Shown here piece after piece: positions 48,264-61,425 of a stretch of DNA of 64,000 nt. Position 1 is the stretch's first letter. The number at the start of each line of letters is the position of its first letter. This DNA is from Torpedo marmorata (Eukaryota): positions 39,804,001 through 39,868,000 of the forward strand of contig OZ360239.1 in assembly GCA_977017645.1 (NCBI GenBank), read 5' to 3'. The translations under genes and the position numbers were made by a program. The notes under the pieces are model-generated. The model was not told the DNA's origin. It ran no database searches and saw only the letters and a list, made by a program, of their open reading frames with translations.

Positions 48264-48960
48264 GGCACAGCCAAGGACATCACAGGCAAAACCCTCCCCA
48301 CTGTCGCAAACATCTACAGAGAACGCTGCTGTCGGAGAGCAGCAGCAATCATCAAGGATCCACACCACCCAGCACACGCTCTGTTCTCACTGCTACCATC
48401 AGGAAAGAGGTATGGGTAAAGGTAAAAGGTTAAAGGTTCCATTATTGTCACGTAATACTACATTTAGAATGTAACATACATGAAATTCTTTAATTTTTGT
48501 CTACCGTAAGGCAGTTAGAGGGTCGCTATTTTGTCCAGCGCCCCTCACAGAAACCTACAGCACCTGGTGTTCCTTGGCGGTCTCCCCTCCAAGTACTGAG
48601 CAGTCCTGTGCCTGCTTAGCTTCCAAGATCAGACAATCCCAGTCGTATTCAGGCTATTGGTGCTCGCACCACCAGATTCAGGAACAGCTGCTACCCCTCC
48701 ACCATCAGACTCCTCAACAGCAAACTCAATCAGGGACTCATTTAAGGACTCTTACTTTTGCACTTTATTGATTTTTTTCTCTCTATTGCACAGTCAGTTT
48801 GTTTACATTTCTTTATTTGTTTACATGTATTCGTATCTTCTTGAGAAGTTTTTTTTGCACTACCATTAAGTGGTAATTCTGCGTAGCCCGCAGGAAAAAG
48901 AATCTCAGGGTTGTACGTGATGTCATGAATGTACTCTGACAATAAATCTGAACTTTGACT
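48264..48960 (+). mobile_element. Rex1 3' fragment interrupted by a 5S-derived SINE
   Basis: DITGKTLPTVANIYRERCCRRAAAIIKDPHHPAHALFSLLPSGKRY; colinear with 6340-6795. Confidence 0.9.
48416..48664 (-). mobile_element. 5S rRNA-derived SINE, second copy
   Basis: Near-identical to 12610-12852; lacks the first few 5S bases. Confidence 0.9.
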
Positions 48961-51079
48961 CTGTCCTTGTCAGATCCCTTGACGAGGAATACAGTTCATC
49001 ACAATCTTGTCCTACCCTTTCCCCATGTCTGTGCAATCTTTTCTCCAAATGTTGATCCAATTCCCCTTTGAAAGTTACTGTCGAACCTATCACTTGATTT
49101 CTCCTGAATTTCCTCCACTTTTGCAGAACTCTTCTTAACAAACTCAACTTTCCCCTGATTTTGTCTTTTGCTGTATCACATCTTCCTTGTATTGGCTGTG
49201 CTTTTAGCCATCTCTTGCTCTGTAGTTTTCCCCTCTCACTCTTCCACCTCTCAACCTCCCCATTTTCCCACAACGCCCTTTGAAATCCACCAGTTCAGCC
49301 ATGCTTTTATGTACTCCTTCAATTCTCTGATAATTTGACTTAAAACCATTTCATGTGTCAGTGAAGTGCCTAAGCACACTGCCATGTCGAAGGTGACAAA
49401 TACAAACTCCTTCAGTTGTAGTTGTATAGCATTATTTTGTCTGGCTTTCTACCTGAGACATTAATCTGCTGACAATAACATTGTAAATTTTAATCTCTAT
49501 ACTTCCTGGTATCACATTCAATCAGAGGCGTTAAACATTAAACAAAATAAATTAGTCCTGAGTGTGGGTTCTAGAGCCTTCCTCAATTATTTATATAAAC
49601 TGCAGTCTTCAAGTTTTGAACCAGGTCTAATTCTTGAAACAGTTCTGAAAACTGCTCAAAAGATGCCACGACTGGACAAGGGAGAAGTCTGATTGCAGCT
49701 GACACTGTAATCAGCTATCATACATTTTCAATCTATTTCTGTTCTTTGATCTTTGCATATTGCAGTTGACAAATAAATAATTAATCAGGATTGGCAAAGT
49801 GACCCTTGGGTATCCAGCTGCAGTGGTGAATTTGGCCAAAAGAACACTAATAGTTGTAATACAAACAACTGGATATAAAGGACATCTCATATTCCTCAGT
49901 GGCATTCCTAAGGAGCAATATGTACCGGGATAAGATTTATTCTGACTGGCAGGCCCCAATAGTTACAGAGAGGAAGGAAGTGAGGGGAGGGAAGGGGGGG
50001 TTGGGTGACTGTGACTGGGACATCTGGAAAATCCAAGATCACAGTCGTCCTGGTGAATTGAATGAGAGAACTTTTATTTCGTCCATTTTCTGCCTAGACA
50101 GGAAATCCAACAGTTGAGAGTCACAGCCAGGGTCAGTCGAGATGCCCTGCCAATTAGAAAAGATCAAGGCACAGGGAGGGGGGGGGGGAGGGGGAATGAG
50201 CAGAGATTTAATCAGCAGCGCTGGAGAGCAGGAGAAGGAGAGATTGCAGGGCGAGTGAGGTCGGAGTCTGCAGCTCACGTGGGAGCAGGGCTACAGGCAG
50301 ACTGTGGCAGAGGAATAGCTGCAGGGACAAAGGGGAGCATTTGCTAGACCTGGCAGCCACCATTGGAAGCCATTAAATTCAAATAAGAAAACAGCGTCAC
50401 TTAAAACACTGTCATCACAGACCTTCCTTTCTGAAGTAACTTACTCAGTTGCCCCTAAATCAGGTGCTGGTAAATCAGAAGAAGGAACACTCACACTTAC
50501 CTGCTTAACTCTTTCTTGACACAACTACAAACTGGAAGGGAGCGAATGGTGCTTGCTTCCATACTATGGGATTGACTGTCCTGTGGCCCACTCATCTTGT
50601 TTCAGGGTCAATAACAATGCATTCAAAGTAGCGTGCAGTGCACTTTGGAGAGCCCTGCATCAGTGGAAAGTGCAGAAAAAGTGGTGCAGGGAAATAAACC
50701 ACAGCTTAGGCCTGCCAGCCAGATGGTTCTGATTGGATATAGATAAAAAAATACATTGCAGATATGTCTCATTTGAAACTGCTGGCCTGCTCCCGTGTCT
50801 ATGATAGTCCAGGGCGGACCACAGCATCAGGTTATTACAACCTCTTGCCAAGGAAGAGAAGATCTCATCCTGCCTCACTGCAGTGCTCCAGATAACATGA
50901 CTCGACTCAAGACCCAAGTCATGATCTGTTCTTCTGGAAGTCCCAGTGAAACACAGGGAAATAAACCATAGTAATCTGAATTGTTATCCCTTTCCTTACC
51001 AATACACATGGGGAGCTGGACATTGCCCAGGTCAAAGTACAGAAACATTTCCTCCCCCAAGTGTTGTATCACTGATTTA

Positions 51080-51781
51080 TTTGAACCCCTGTTATCTGGA
51101 ATTCAAGCAGCCAACTGCCTCAAGCATCTGGCAAAACAATGAGGAAAATAAATTAAAAAAAATATGAATAAAATAATTGGTAAAAAAAACTATATATTTA
51201 AAATTGTAAAAGTAAATGTTCTCTGAAGTAACACATAAACATTTGGTGAAGATGGGAGAAAATATTCAGACAGTGGAGTGCCTTGGTCGTGCTTTGCTCA
51301 TAGCAGCTGATTGAATAAAGTTGTATGAAACAACAATGGCGTCGCCCAGGATGAAGAGCTGGTTGATGCCACTCACCGTTGGGGTGAATCTCTTAAAGTG
51401 TCTCCTTATCCCTGCTTGGTAAGAGTCGCCCCAGTCAGAGGCTTTATCTGTAAATTTGGGGGAGGGTAGGTTAATTATCTATAATCTTATAGTTCGTCAG
51501 TGGAGGGGGAGGAACCTGAAGATGCAGCGACGGTTAAATGTTTTCAAAGAATGTGACTGAAAATAAAGTAAAAAGCTTGTTTAAGGTTTATATATTCATG
51601 CAAGTGAAGTTTGTCCAGTGTAATTACAGCATAGCATTTTTGTCTTTTGTCTTTTAAACTGCTTATTCTTAATGTAGGTGTATTAGTTAGGCATTGTAAG
51701 AATAAGTCTCAAGCAACTGGAAAATACACTTATCCGGCATCTACCAATCCCCATAGGTGCCGGATACCAGGGGTTTTACTG
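51080..51781. mobile_element. Tigger/pogo-like non-autonomous DNA transposon (left end decayed)
   Basis: Right end ccggataccaggggttttactg+TA; left end aacccctgttatctgg is its partial inverse. Confidence 0.6.
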
Positions 51782-52917
51782 TATTTAAAGAAGCATTACA
51801 ACGACAACTGCATGAGAAAAGCAATTCATGCTCCAAGCATGTTGCCCAAGGTCACTATTTGTCAATGAGCAGCAGGAAAGGCTTTCCTTGAACCCTCCAT
51901 CAAGTACTATGCCCTCAGGCCGGGCATTTTATAATTGAACTAGTGAGGACATTTGCCAAATAGGAAACAGCATAATATGGAAAGGGTTGCAAGGCAATCT
52001 TATGAAACGTTTCTGTCTGGATTTGTACTCAGATTCCATAATAAATGCTTTTTTTTCCATACAAAAATAAAATGAACACAGAATTATAAATCAAAGCTGA
52101 CAAGCAAAAAATAATTTAGTCCTCAATGATGCATAAAAATATGAAATAATATTTGTGGGAAAATCTGCAAAAGAATGAAAAATGTATAATTCCATTAATT
52201 GCCCCCTCCAGATGTTATTATACATTGATATCCTTATATTCCCTATAGGCTATCTTAGTACAAAAAGGAATGTCAGACCACAGTCTGTGAACGATGCAGG
52301 GCTGGTGCACACGTAGTTGTTCCTAAATTGATGCCAGAAACTTTCATTCCTTGGATTCAATTTAGAAATTGGATAACACCAGTGTAATAGAGCTTGCCTC
52401 AAGACAATATTCACATTGCAATTTCTGCTCCTTACAGGACTCAGGACTTTGCTTAGAAAACTTACACTGCACATGAAGGTGTGAAATATATTGGATTTGG
52501 TTGGTCTATGCAAGTTAATTTCAAACCTCAAAAAAATGCAACTTTGGACTCTGTCCTGAATGCAGCCTAGCCTTCCAACACTGCTTTCAGCTGTCATATT
52601 TTGGTACAAATGTACCCATCCCTCCACTAAAAGAGACTGTGAGTGGATACAGCGAATATGGCCATCTGTGTGTTAATTTCTCCACAAACAAATGTTCTGC
52701 CTGGCAATATTCCGATCCAGTTTTGCAAAGATCAGCCAAGAAACTATTGTTTATTTTCCAATGCTACAAGATCCAACATAGATTTACACCCAGTGTAAAT
52801 CAAGTTAGCAATCATTTCCTGGTGAAAGTGTGTCAATTTTGAAATTAAACCAAGCCTTTCCTGTCGTTATTCACATTAGCACACCTAACATTGTCTCAGC
52901 AGCATGCAAGTTCATTT

Positions 52918-53810
52918 TAGAGTCATGGTATCATTGGCTCATACAGCACGAAACAAGACCTTTGATCCACTATGTCCACCTTGCCATCATACTTACCTAT
53001 ACTTATCCCAGTTTCCAGCACTCGGTACCAAGCCTTCCATGCATGGTATTGAGGTGCTCATTTAGGTACTTCATATATGTCGTGGGAGTCCTTGCCTCCA
53101 TCACCCCCACAGGAATTGCATTCCAAATTTCAACCATCCTTTCGTGAAAAAAAAATTCAAGTCTCCTCAGAAACTCCTCTGCCAAACATTAAATCTATGC
53201 CTTTTAGTTATGAACACATCTGGAAAGAGGAAATGGTTCTCATTATCCACCCATTCTGTACTCCTCATGATACTGTAACCCTCAATCAAGTCCCCTCTTA
53301 GTCCTTTCTGTCAAAGGAAAACAAAGCCAGCCTATCTTGTCTCTCCTCATATCTGAAGTACTGCAGCCCAGGTAACATCCTAGTGAATGACTTCTTCACT
53401 CTCTAGGAGTACAGTAATTTCCTTACTATGGTGTGATGAGCAGAACTGATTTCACTACTGTAGCTGCAGCATAATTGATGTTGAATGCAATTTACCATAA
53501 TATCTCGTTCTAATGTTTGATGGTATAGATAAAGAAAGTAAGTATCCCATATGCCTTCCTAACCACCTTTCTTCCCATGCTGAAGCATTTTAGGGATTCT
53601 TGGACACATACATGATCAGTACTTCCTGTTCAGGTACATGTCCTACCCTTCTCAGTCCTACTCATATGCATCACCTCACATTTTTCAGGATTAAATTCCA
53701 TCTGCCAGTGTTTTGCCCATTTTACCAATTTGTCAAAATTGTTCTGTAGCCAAAGAACCTTGCTCATCATCAGCACCAATACTCACCAATCATCCTCAAA
53801 TGTTAATGAT
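52918..53810 (-). mobile_element. Old CR1 3' fragment
   Basis: FFFHERMVEIWNAIP; colinear with the other CR1 copies. Confidence 0.8.
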
Positions 53811-53873
53811 CGTATAATGCAGGTTACAGCCCACATCCACATAAACCGGAACTCAAAACTCTACATAGTGAAT

Positions 53874-53963
53874 TCTACCTTTGCTACATAAAAGACACTG
53901 TTTGACCTGCTGAGTTTCTCCAGCATTTGTGTTTTTTACTTCTACAGATTTTCATGGTTTACT
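53874..53963 (+). mobile_element. 90-bp PLE terminal-repeat insertion
   Basis: Perfect 14-bp TSD tctacatagtgaat at 53860-53873 and 53964-53977. Confidence 0.9.
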
Positions 53964-54210
53964 TCTACATAGTGAATGTCAAGGAACACCATCCACAGAA
54001 CCTGGGGTGTGCTGCACTAGAGTCTTGCTTTACTCAAGATAAAAGGACAATCTGCAATCATGGGGTCAGTTCCAAAACTCCAAAACTCAGAAGGGACTGC
54101 TCATACACATTCCAAAGCGTTCGGTCTATGCTCAAATCTAGCACCGTGTGCTTTTTTTTTGAGAATGTCACTAATAAGAAAATAATATTAATTTCAGTTA
54201 TACAATGTGT

Positions 54211-54455
54211 AGGAATTTCTTCAGCCAGAGGGTGGTAAATCTGTGGAATTTGTTGCCACAGGCGATTGTGGAGGCCAGGTCATTGGGTGCATTTAAGACA
54301 GAGATTGATGGATTCTTGATTAGCCAGGGCATGGAAGGTTATGGGGAGAAGGCCGGTCAGTGGGGCTGAGTGGGAAAATGGATCAGCTCATGATTAAATG
54401 GTGGAGCAGACTCGATGGGCTGAATAACCTATTTCTGCTCCTATGTCTTATGGTC
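54211..54455 (+). mobile_element. CR1 3' end, same subfamily as 33169-34010
   Basis: aggaatttcttcagccagagggtggtaaatctgtggaat...ctcctatgtcttatggtc. Confidence 0.9.
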
Positions 54456-55203
54456 GTACAAATAGAATTGATGGTATACCTCCAGCCAGTGGCTTTCCTG
54501 GTCTCAGGGTCAGTTGAATGCTTTGTCATATGGTCTTATAATCATCCTGCAGGTAGAACACGTATGGGGCTTCATGTGGCAGGCAATTCAGGGAGAGTAA
54601 ATGACTGAACTCCAAAGGCCTTCTCCTCTTCAGCTTCTCTTTTCCCCCTTGGCAGCTTGCATTTCTCTGGTATTTGGCTAGCATGGGGATTATGCCTTCC
54701 AGGGTTGATGATCTTTCCAGCGTGTGGCTCAGCAAAGCGGTGAAAGCTGTGTTACAGTCACACTGCTCCCATTGGGGCCTAAACAGACTGTGCTTCAAGC
54801 ATTGTTTCATGTTGAAACCATGCTAAGACAGTTGTACAAATTCTTTACCAATTCTGCGCTCTTCTGGGACGGGGAAGCTAATTTGCCAATGCACACAATG
54901 ATATTTCAAAACACCAAAAAAAAAGTTCAATCCAATCAATCTCTAGGCAAATGTGTTTGCAGTGTGTGTAACTCATGGGTCAGCGATTTGTAACTCAGTG
55001 AACTAAATAATTAAGTCAATATGTAACAGCATTGACATAAACTTTTATCACGTATTCAAAAATGATGACATTCTTTGTGAATTTGTAATCCTAAAATTCA
55101 TTTTGTTTTAATTCAGTTTTCTCAAGCTAAGGAAAACATCGTTTCAATCACTGGCCCACAATATAGGGCTGATTTCTAACTTCAATAGTCTTTTATTTTG
55201 CTA

Positions 55204-57155
55204 AGAGTGAAACACAAAAGTTTACAGATGCTGTGATTGTAGTGAAAACAAGACTGCTGGAGGAACTCAGCAGGTATTGCGGTGTCCATTGGAGGTAAAA
55301 ATATATAACTAATGTTTCGGGCCTGAGCTCTTCTTCAAGGTATGAACAGAGACTAGGCAGGCGTCTGAATAAAAAGGCTGGGGGAGAAGGGAAGAAAAGG
55401 CAGAGGAAGGAGCACAGGCTAACAGACAAAAGGCGATAATTGGACATGGATAGGAGGACAAGAGAGGAAAGGTGAGAATTGATCAGGGAAAGGAGAAGGA
55501 GTGACTGTGAAAGCAGAGCTGAAGGAAAGGAGACAGAGGGAAAGGAGAAAAGAGAGAGAGAGAGAGAGAGAGAAAGCTGGAGGAAAGGATAAATAGGAAT
55601 AGGGGAAGGGGAGAGACAGGGAAGGGGGTTGTGTCTGACGAAAACCGGAGAAGTCGATGTAAATGAAGGGTTGGAGGATGCCCAGATGCATTATGAGGTG
55701 TTGTTCCTCCAATCTGTGGGTGGTCTCAGTCTGGCAGTACATGAGACCATGGACAGACATGTTGGCATGGGAACGGGGCGGGGAATTGAAATGTGTTGCC
55801 ACTAGGAGATTCTTGCTTTGCGGCAGACGAGCAAAGGTGCTCGACAATGCGATCTCCCAGTCTGTGTCCAGTCACTCTAATGCAGAGGAGACCACAACGG
55901 GAGCACTGGATGCAGTAGATGACCCCTGCAGATTCACAAGTGAAGTGTTGCCTCACTTGGAAGGACTGTTTGGGGCCCCAAATGGTGGTGGGGGAGGAGA
56001 TGTGGGCTCAAGTGTAGCACTTCCTGTGGTCACAGGGGTAGGTGCTAGGGGCCGATTGGTGGGAAGGGAGGAGTGGATGAGGGAGTCATGGAGGAAGCAG
56101 TCCCAGCGGAAGGCAAAGAGGGGAGGAAGAGGAAGATGTGTCTGGTGGTGGGATCACGTAGTAGGTGGTGAAAATTGAGGAAGATGATCTGTTGGATGCG
56201 GAGGCTGGTGGGATGGTAGGTGAGGACAAGGGGAATTCTGTCCTAGTTGTGCGTGGGGGCAAAGGGGACCAGGGCAGATATGCGGGTAATGGAGGATATC
56301 TGGGTGAGGGCTGAATTGATGGTAGTAGAGGGGAACCCATGTTTTTTGAAGAAGGAGGACATCTCGGATGATCTCGCATGAAAGACCTTGTATTGGGAGC
56401 AGATGTGACAGAGACAGGGGAATTGAAAGAAAGGAAAGGAATCCTAACAGGGGACAGGGTGTGAAGAGATGTAGTCAATGTATCTGTGGAAATTTGTGGG
56501 TTTGTAGTAAATGTCTGTTGAGAGTTTGTCACCCGAGATGGAGACAGATGGATCGAGAAAGGGGAGAGTGTTGCTAGAGATGGACCAAGTGAATTTGAGG
56601 TCAGGGTGGAAGTTGGCTGCAAAGTGGATAAAGTGGACAAGCTCATACACTGCCAGACTGAGACTACATGCAAATTGGAGGAACAGCTCATATTCTGTCT
56701 GGGCACCATCCAACAGAATGGCATTAACACCGACTTCTCTGGTTTCTATTAGCCCTCCTCCCTTCTACCCCTATTTTTCCTTTAGCTCTCTCTCTCTCTC
56801 TCCTCCCCTTTCCCTCTGTCTCCTTTCCTCCAGTTCTTCATTCACAGAGCCACCCCCTCCCCTGATCAATTCTCACCTTTCCTCTCCTGTCCACCTATCC
56901 ATGTCCAATTATCACGCTTTGTCTGCTGCCCAGACATAATATGAGCTGTTGTTCTTCCAATTTTCACGTAGTCTCTCAGTCTGGCAGTGCTCCTCCTCCT
57001 GCCCTTTCTTCTCTTCTCCCCCACCTTTTTTATTCAGGCACCTGCCTGCTTTTCGCTCATACCTTGAAGAAGGGAACAGGTCTGAAACGTTCGTTATATA
57101 TCTTTACCTCCTGTGGACACTGCGAGACATGCTGAGTTCCTCCTGCATTCTTGTG
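55204..57155 (-). mobile_element. Penelope-like element (RT C-terminus + GIY-YIG + 3' end on minus) joined to an inverted copy of its 3' end
   Basis: Minus peptides FHPDLKFTWSIS..LPFLD..KLSTDIYYKPT..YIDYISSHP and FTCESAGVIYCIQCSRCG; plus-strand 3' end at ~56642-57155. Confidence 0.9.
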
Positions 57156-57508
57156 CTTTTATATTTCTTACTTCAGATGAACATATCTAAAAAGAAACTG
57201 AAAGTAGTCAATTTACCCAATCTATTTAAGACAACATTTAACCTCCAGAATCTCAAAACAGTTTAATAACATCTGTACCCATATTACATTTATCCTTTTT
57301 CCTCATCCATTCAGACCCCTCAATGGAATGTAATTCCGACAAGTTGTCCCAGACAACAAGTAAAAGGCTGATCTCTTACAAATGGCAGTACAACACATTG
57401 ATTATTAAACATCAAACTGGTGCAATTCATAAGCTACACATATTGTGATAGTGCACATTTCGCATTAACTGCTTTAAGTATTTACTTAAACAGCAGCAGT
57501 GAGAGTTT

Positions 57509-57578
57509 GGTAAAGGTAAAGGTAATACTACATTTAGAATGTAACATACATGAAATTCTTTAATTTTTGTCTACCGTA
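57509..57578 (-). mobile_element. Tail-only copy matching the 5S-SINE tail
   Basis: ggtaaaggtaaaggtaatactacatttagaatgtaacatacatgaaattctttaatttttgtctaccgtaa. Confidence 0.85.
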
Positions 57579-58489
57579 ATAGCAAAATAAAGCAAGCCAA
57601 ATAAATGCAATGAAATATTCATGTTAAGTGTGTAATGTAATGGATGAATTTCGAGAGCACAACATACAACAGGAACAGTGATATATGAGTTTGGATATAT
57701 GGGAATGCTCTGTCATGACTCACAGAACATGTGTTGTTAATTCAGTGTTTAGTGAAGAAATGAATCGCAATTCAAAATACATTCTCCCATAAAATATACT
57801 TTGACAGTGGAGTGCCATTTGGTCATATGTAACGCCTTCCCCCTGAAATATAATAAGATTTTACTGCAATGTGTAGTTCGAACTTTGTAATTGGTGCAGC
57901 CTTCAAATTAGATTTTCAAAAGTAGTCATGAGCAAAAAATAAAGGCTGACCCAGTCACATACTTCTCAGGCCATGCAGGATTGTCGTCTTTTGCACAAGT
58001 ACAGAATGTTCCCCTGTATTACACCCAACTCCTCCAAATAGTGCTATGAAATTATGAAAATTACTCCTCAGTTTTATTTTCAAATATGGAAACCATCAGG
58101 TAAATTACATTAAAAAAAAAGCATATGACAGAAAGAGCCAGTGAGCATTTGCAGATATTTGCCAACCTCTTTCTCCCTAATTTGGAGAGTGGACAAATGG
58201 AAATATGCTGGCATGTCCAGGATTCCGTCTTCTGATATGAGCCAAGTCAGCTGTTGCACATCAACAATGCCTACGTTGGCACAGCAGAAGATGGCCTGTC
58301 TCTCCGTAAATCTCTTCCCAGCTAATGGGCGTAAAAATATCAACTCTCTCGCCACCTGACAGGACATGGGAGGAACTGGAAGTGAAGCTGAGCAGCTTCA
58401 GGTCAATGGCCCTGTGACCCTGCTGGCACTGAGGAGGTGAGGTAGACATTTACGTTCAATGTCCCTCAGGCATTTGTAATAGTCTAAAA

Positions 58490-59730
58490 AGGCCTGGCAG
58501 CATTTGAAGAGGAAAAAAAATGCAAAGTTAAACATTTCAGGTCGATGACTTTGCTTTGGAACTGAGAAAGAGTAGAAATTAAACATGTCTTTCATTACAA
58601 AGGGTCAGACAGAACAAAAGGAATCCTTGTAATAAGGTGGAAACCAAGAGAAATTAAATGTTACAAGCGCTGCTGTGCAAATTTGGAGAGAGTAGAGAAG
58701 ACTTGTTAATCACAACTGATCTGCCTGGAGAAGGGGTGCATTGCCACTTCACCTGGAAGGAGTGTGTGGGTCCCTGGATGATGGACAGGATAAAGGTAAA
58801 AGGGCAGTCGCCTGGAAAGATGCTTTAAGCCTTTGGACTCCATGTCCCTGTTTTCAGGGACTACCAACAGGCGCATATACTCCGTGTCCCCATTTTCCAG
58901 GACTGGTTTTATACCCAACCACCAGCTGGTTCATACTGATTTTTAACCTTTCATAATGTAGTTTACCCATGGACCCAGTCTGGAGTAGATATTCTGAAAG
59001 GTTAAAAATGGCCGGAGTCCAAAGGGTTAAGGAGGAGAGTGGGTGTTTGTGGAGGCGGATATTATTTTAATAATATTTTGTAAGTATTCTTTATTACCAT
59101 TTTGGAGTAATACAAATGGATAGCAGATATTTCAATGCTTTAATGAGCCTTATGTTGTCTTGTATTCCTGGAAATGGAAAAGTGAATCAGGGATTAGTGG
59201 TGATTGATGGAGAGGGAAGTTAAGTATCTGGTTGTGGCATCATATTTAAGGTAATGGGAATAAAATACAATCCATTGAATATCAAATCTGGTGGAGCGAA
59301 AGGTTGGGACAAGGGGTCCCTGTCCTTGCTCTGGTTGGGAAGAAAGACGTTGAGAGCAGAAGCTGGGTAAATGGAAAAGACCTAATTCGAGAAATCTTCA
59401 ACCTCATCAAAAGGAACTAGAGCAGGGACTGTTTCAAGCATCATACAATGAGGCTTGAGCCCATACGAGTTCCCCTTGTTACACCATTGAATTGGAGAAA
59501 GTGAGTGGAGTTAAAGGGGATGTTGTTCAATAAGAAGATGAATTCAGCCAAGCAAAGGAGCAGGGGTGCAGAGGAGGACGGTTTGGGTTTCTGTTCAAGG
59601 AAGAGAAAGGCCCTCGTGCCATCCCGGTACGGGATGGGGGTGTACAGTGATTCAATGTCCAAAGTCAGGACCAGGAAATTGGAAAATGTCAAAGTGGCAG
59701 AGGACATTAGAGGTGTCACAGATGGATGAG
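58490..59730 (-). mobile_element. Old Penelope-like element fragment
   Basis: LTLDIESLYTPIPY.DG...LAEFIFLLNNIPFNSTHFLQFNGVTRGTRMG matches the PLE RT core; terminal-repeat remnant near 58490-58570. Confidence 0.75.
58829..59026. mobile_element. piggyBac-type MITE (198 bp)
   Basis: TTAA-gcctttggactcc ... ggagtccaaaggg-TTAA; internal inverted repeat tttttaacctttca / tgaaaggttaaaaa. Confidence 0.85.
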
Positions 59731-59754
59731 GCAAAAGAACAGAGTAATGGAGTC

Positions 59755-60330
59755 AGAAGAGACAGCAGATGCTGGAATCTGGAGCAAAAAACAGACTGCT
59801 GGAGGAACTCAAAAGATCTTCGAGCATCTGTCGGGGGAAGGAATTAATGATGTTTCAGGTCAAGACCATGCATCAGGACTGAAAGTGGAAAATGGAAGAC
59901 AGACAATATAAGGAGGAGAGGGTGAAGGGGTGAGACAGGAGCCGGTAAATGATAGGGTGAAGAACAATGGGCACATGGAACCAGATGGGGGAGGAGGGGC
60001 AGAGTTGGAAGATAGAGTCGTGGGTGATAGGTGGAAGTGGAGAATTAAAAACAAAGGCAGAGAGAGCCAGGGAACGATGAAGACAGCTACTGCATGGTGA
60101 TCAGTAGGGACACTGCTGGTCTAGAAGCCTGATAAGGAAGGTGAAAATGGGAGTCCTTAAGGGGGAGATGAAGGGTGGATGGGGGAGGATCTGGCAGATG
60201 AAATGTGTGGGTAGTAGGTGGATGGAACCAGCAGGGAGAGGAGTAGGAGAATGAAAATTGGTGATGGGAAGGCTGAAAGGGGTAAAGGAAGTGGAACAAA
60301 AATGGGAGGAATACATGTGGATCCAAAGTG
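59755..60330 (-). mobile_element. Old PLE terminal repeat plus UTR
   Basis: gcagatgctggaatctggagcaaaaaacagactgctggaggaactc; minus strand cctgatgcatggtcttgacctgaaacatc; mirror of 45340-45895. Confidence 0.7.
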
Positions 60331-60769
60331 GGAGGTGGAAGAGAGAAAGAGAGAGAGAGAAAGAAAGAAAGAAGGACAGAAAGAAAGACATAAAGAAAGA
60401 CAGAAATAAAAAAAGAAAGAAATGTGTGCAGCAGAGCCTCATTTCCAATCATCCTGCACCTTCTTTTCATTAAACCAAGAGCATGTGAGAACTGGTGTGT
60501 AACTGCCAACCCCATATTAAATGAAATCACAAAAAATGCATCAAGAGGGCACAGGTTATATAACATGTCCATTTAACTGTCCATTCAATTTACTGATGGA
60601 AGTTTGACAGTAACCAGTGCCTGACATCATGCCCAGTAATTTTCCCAAGTGAAACCCTTGAAAACTAATTATTTTGAAATAAGTAACTGAAGGAATTGCA
60701 TCACCCTTAAGACTGATTTGTGCAGCTTTTGTTTGCCTGCCAACTTAGAGGGATCTGTGTCTCCTGATA

Positions 60770-61425
60770 GAATATGTCCTCCGTCACCCTGGTCACAGCC
60801 TCTTCTCACTGCAACCTTCAGGAGGAATGTACAGAAGCCTGAAGACCAAGACCTCCAGGTTCAAGAAGTTTCTTTCCAACAGCCATCAGGCTTTGAGCAT
60901 CCCCTTGTTACGCTAATCATGGACTGTTCCGACACCGCAAACGTCCTGTCTGCATTATTGTAATGCCACTTTTTCTTGCATGATTGTAACAGTGAATATA
61001 TATTATCTATCTTTTGTATTTATTATTTCTTTCCATACAGCAATATAAGATGGACTATTTCTTTAAGAGATACAGCACGGTAACAGGCACTTCCATACCA
61101 CGAGCCTGTGCCGCCCAAATTCATCAATTAGCCTACAAACTGTGTACATTTTTGGAGGGTGGGAGGAAACCGGAGCACCCAGAGGAAACCCACGCAGGGC
61201 ACAGGACCGGATTCAAACCGGATTCAAACCGGAGCACCCAGAGGAAACCCACGCAGGGCACGGGACCGGATTCAAACCCGGGTTGCTGGCACTGTAATAG
61301 TGTTGCGCTATTGCTATGCTAACCATGCCACTCATTGTTTCCCCAAAGTCTCAGTTTGGCTGCAGCAGAGTGTTGATGCATATACACTGTACAGTGTATA
61401 GGACAATAAACTCATTATCATTATA
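60770..61425 (+). mobile_element. Old Rex1 3' fragment with nested V-SINE
   Basis: caccctggtcacagcc...aagaccaagacctccaggttcaaga; tail ggacaataaactcattatcatta. Confidence 0.65.
61062..61330 (-). mobile_element. V-SINE with an internal duplication/deletion
   Basis: aaaccggagcacccagaggaaacccacgcagggcac(a/g)ggaccggattc occurs twice. Confidence 0.85.

Noticed and set aside
55663-56939. ORFs of 142-214 aa
   Set aside because: Antisense or off-frame readings of the decayed PLE coding region.
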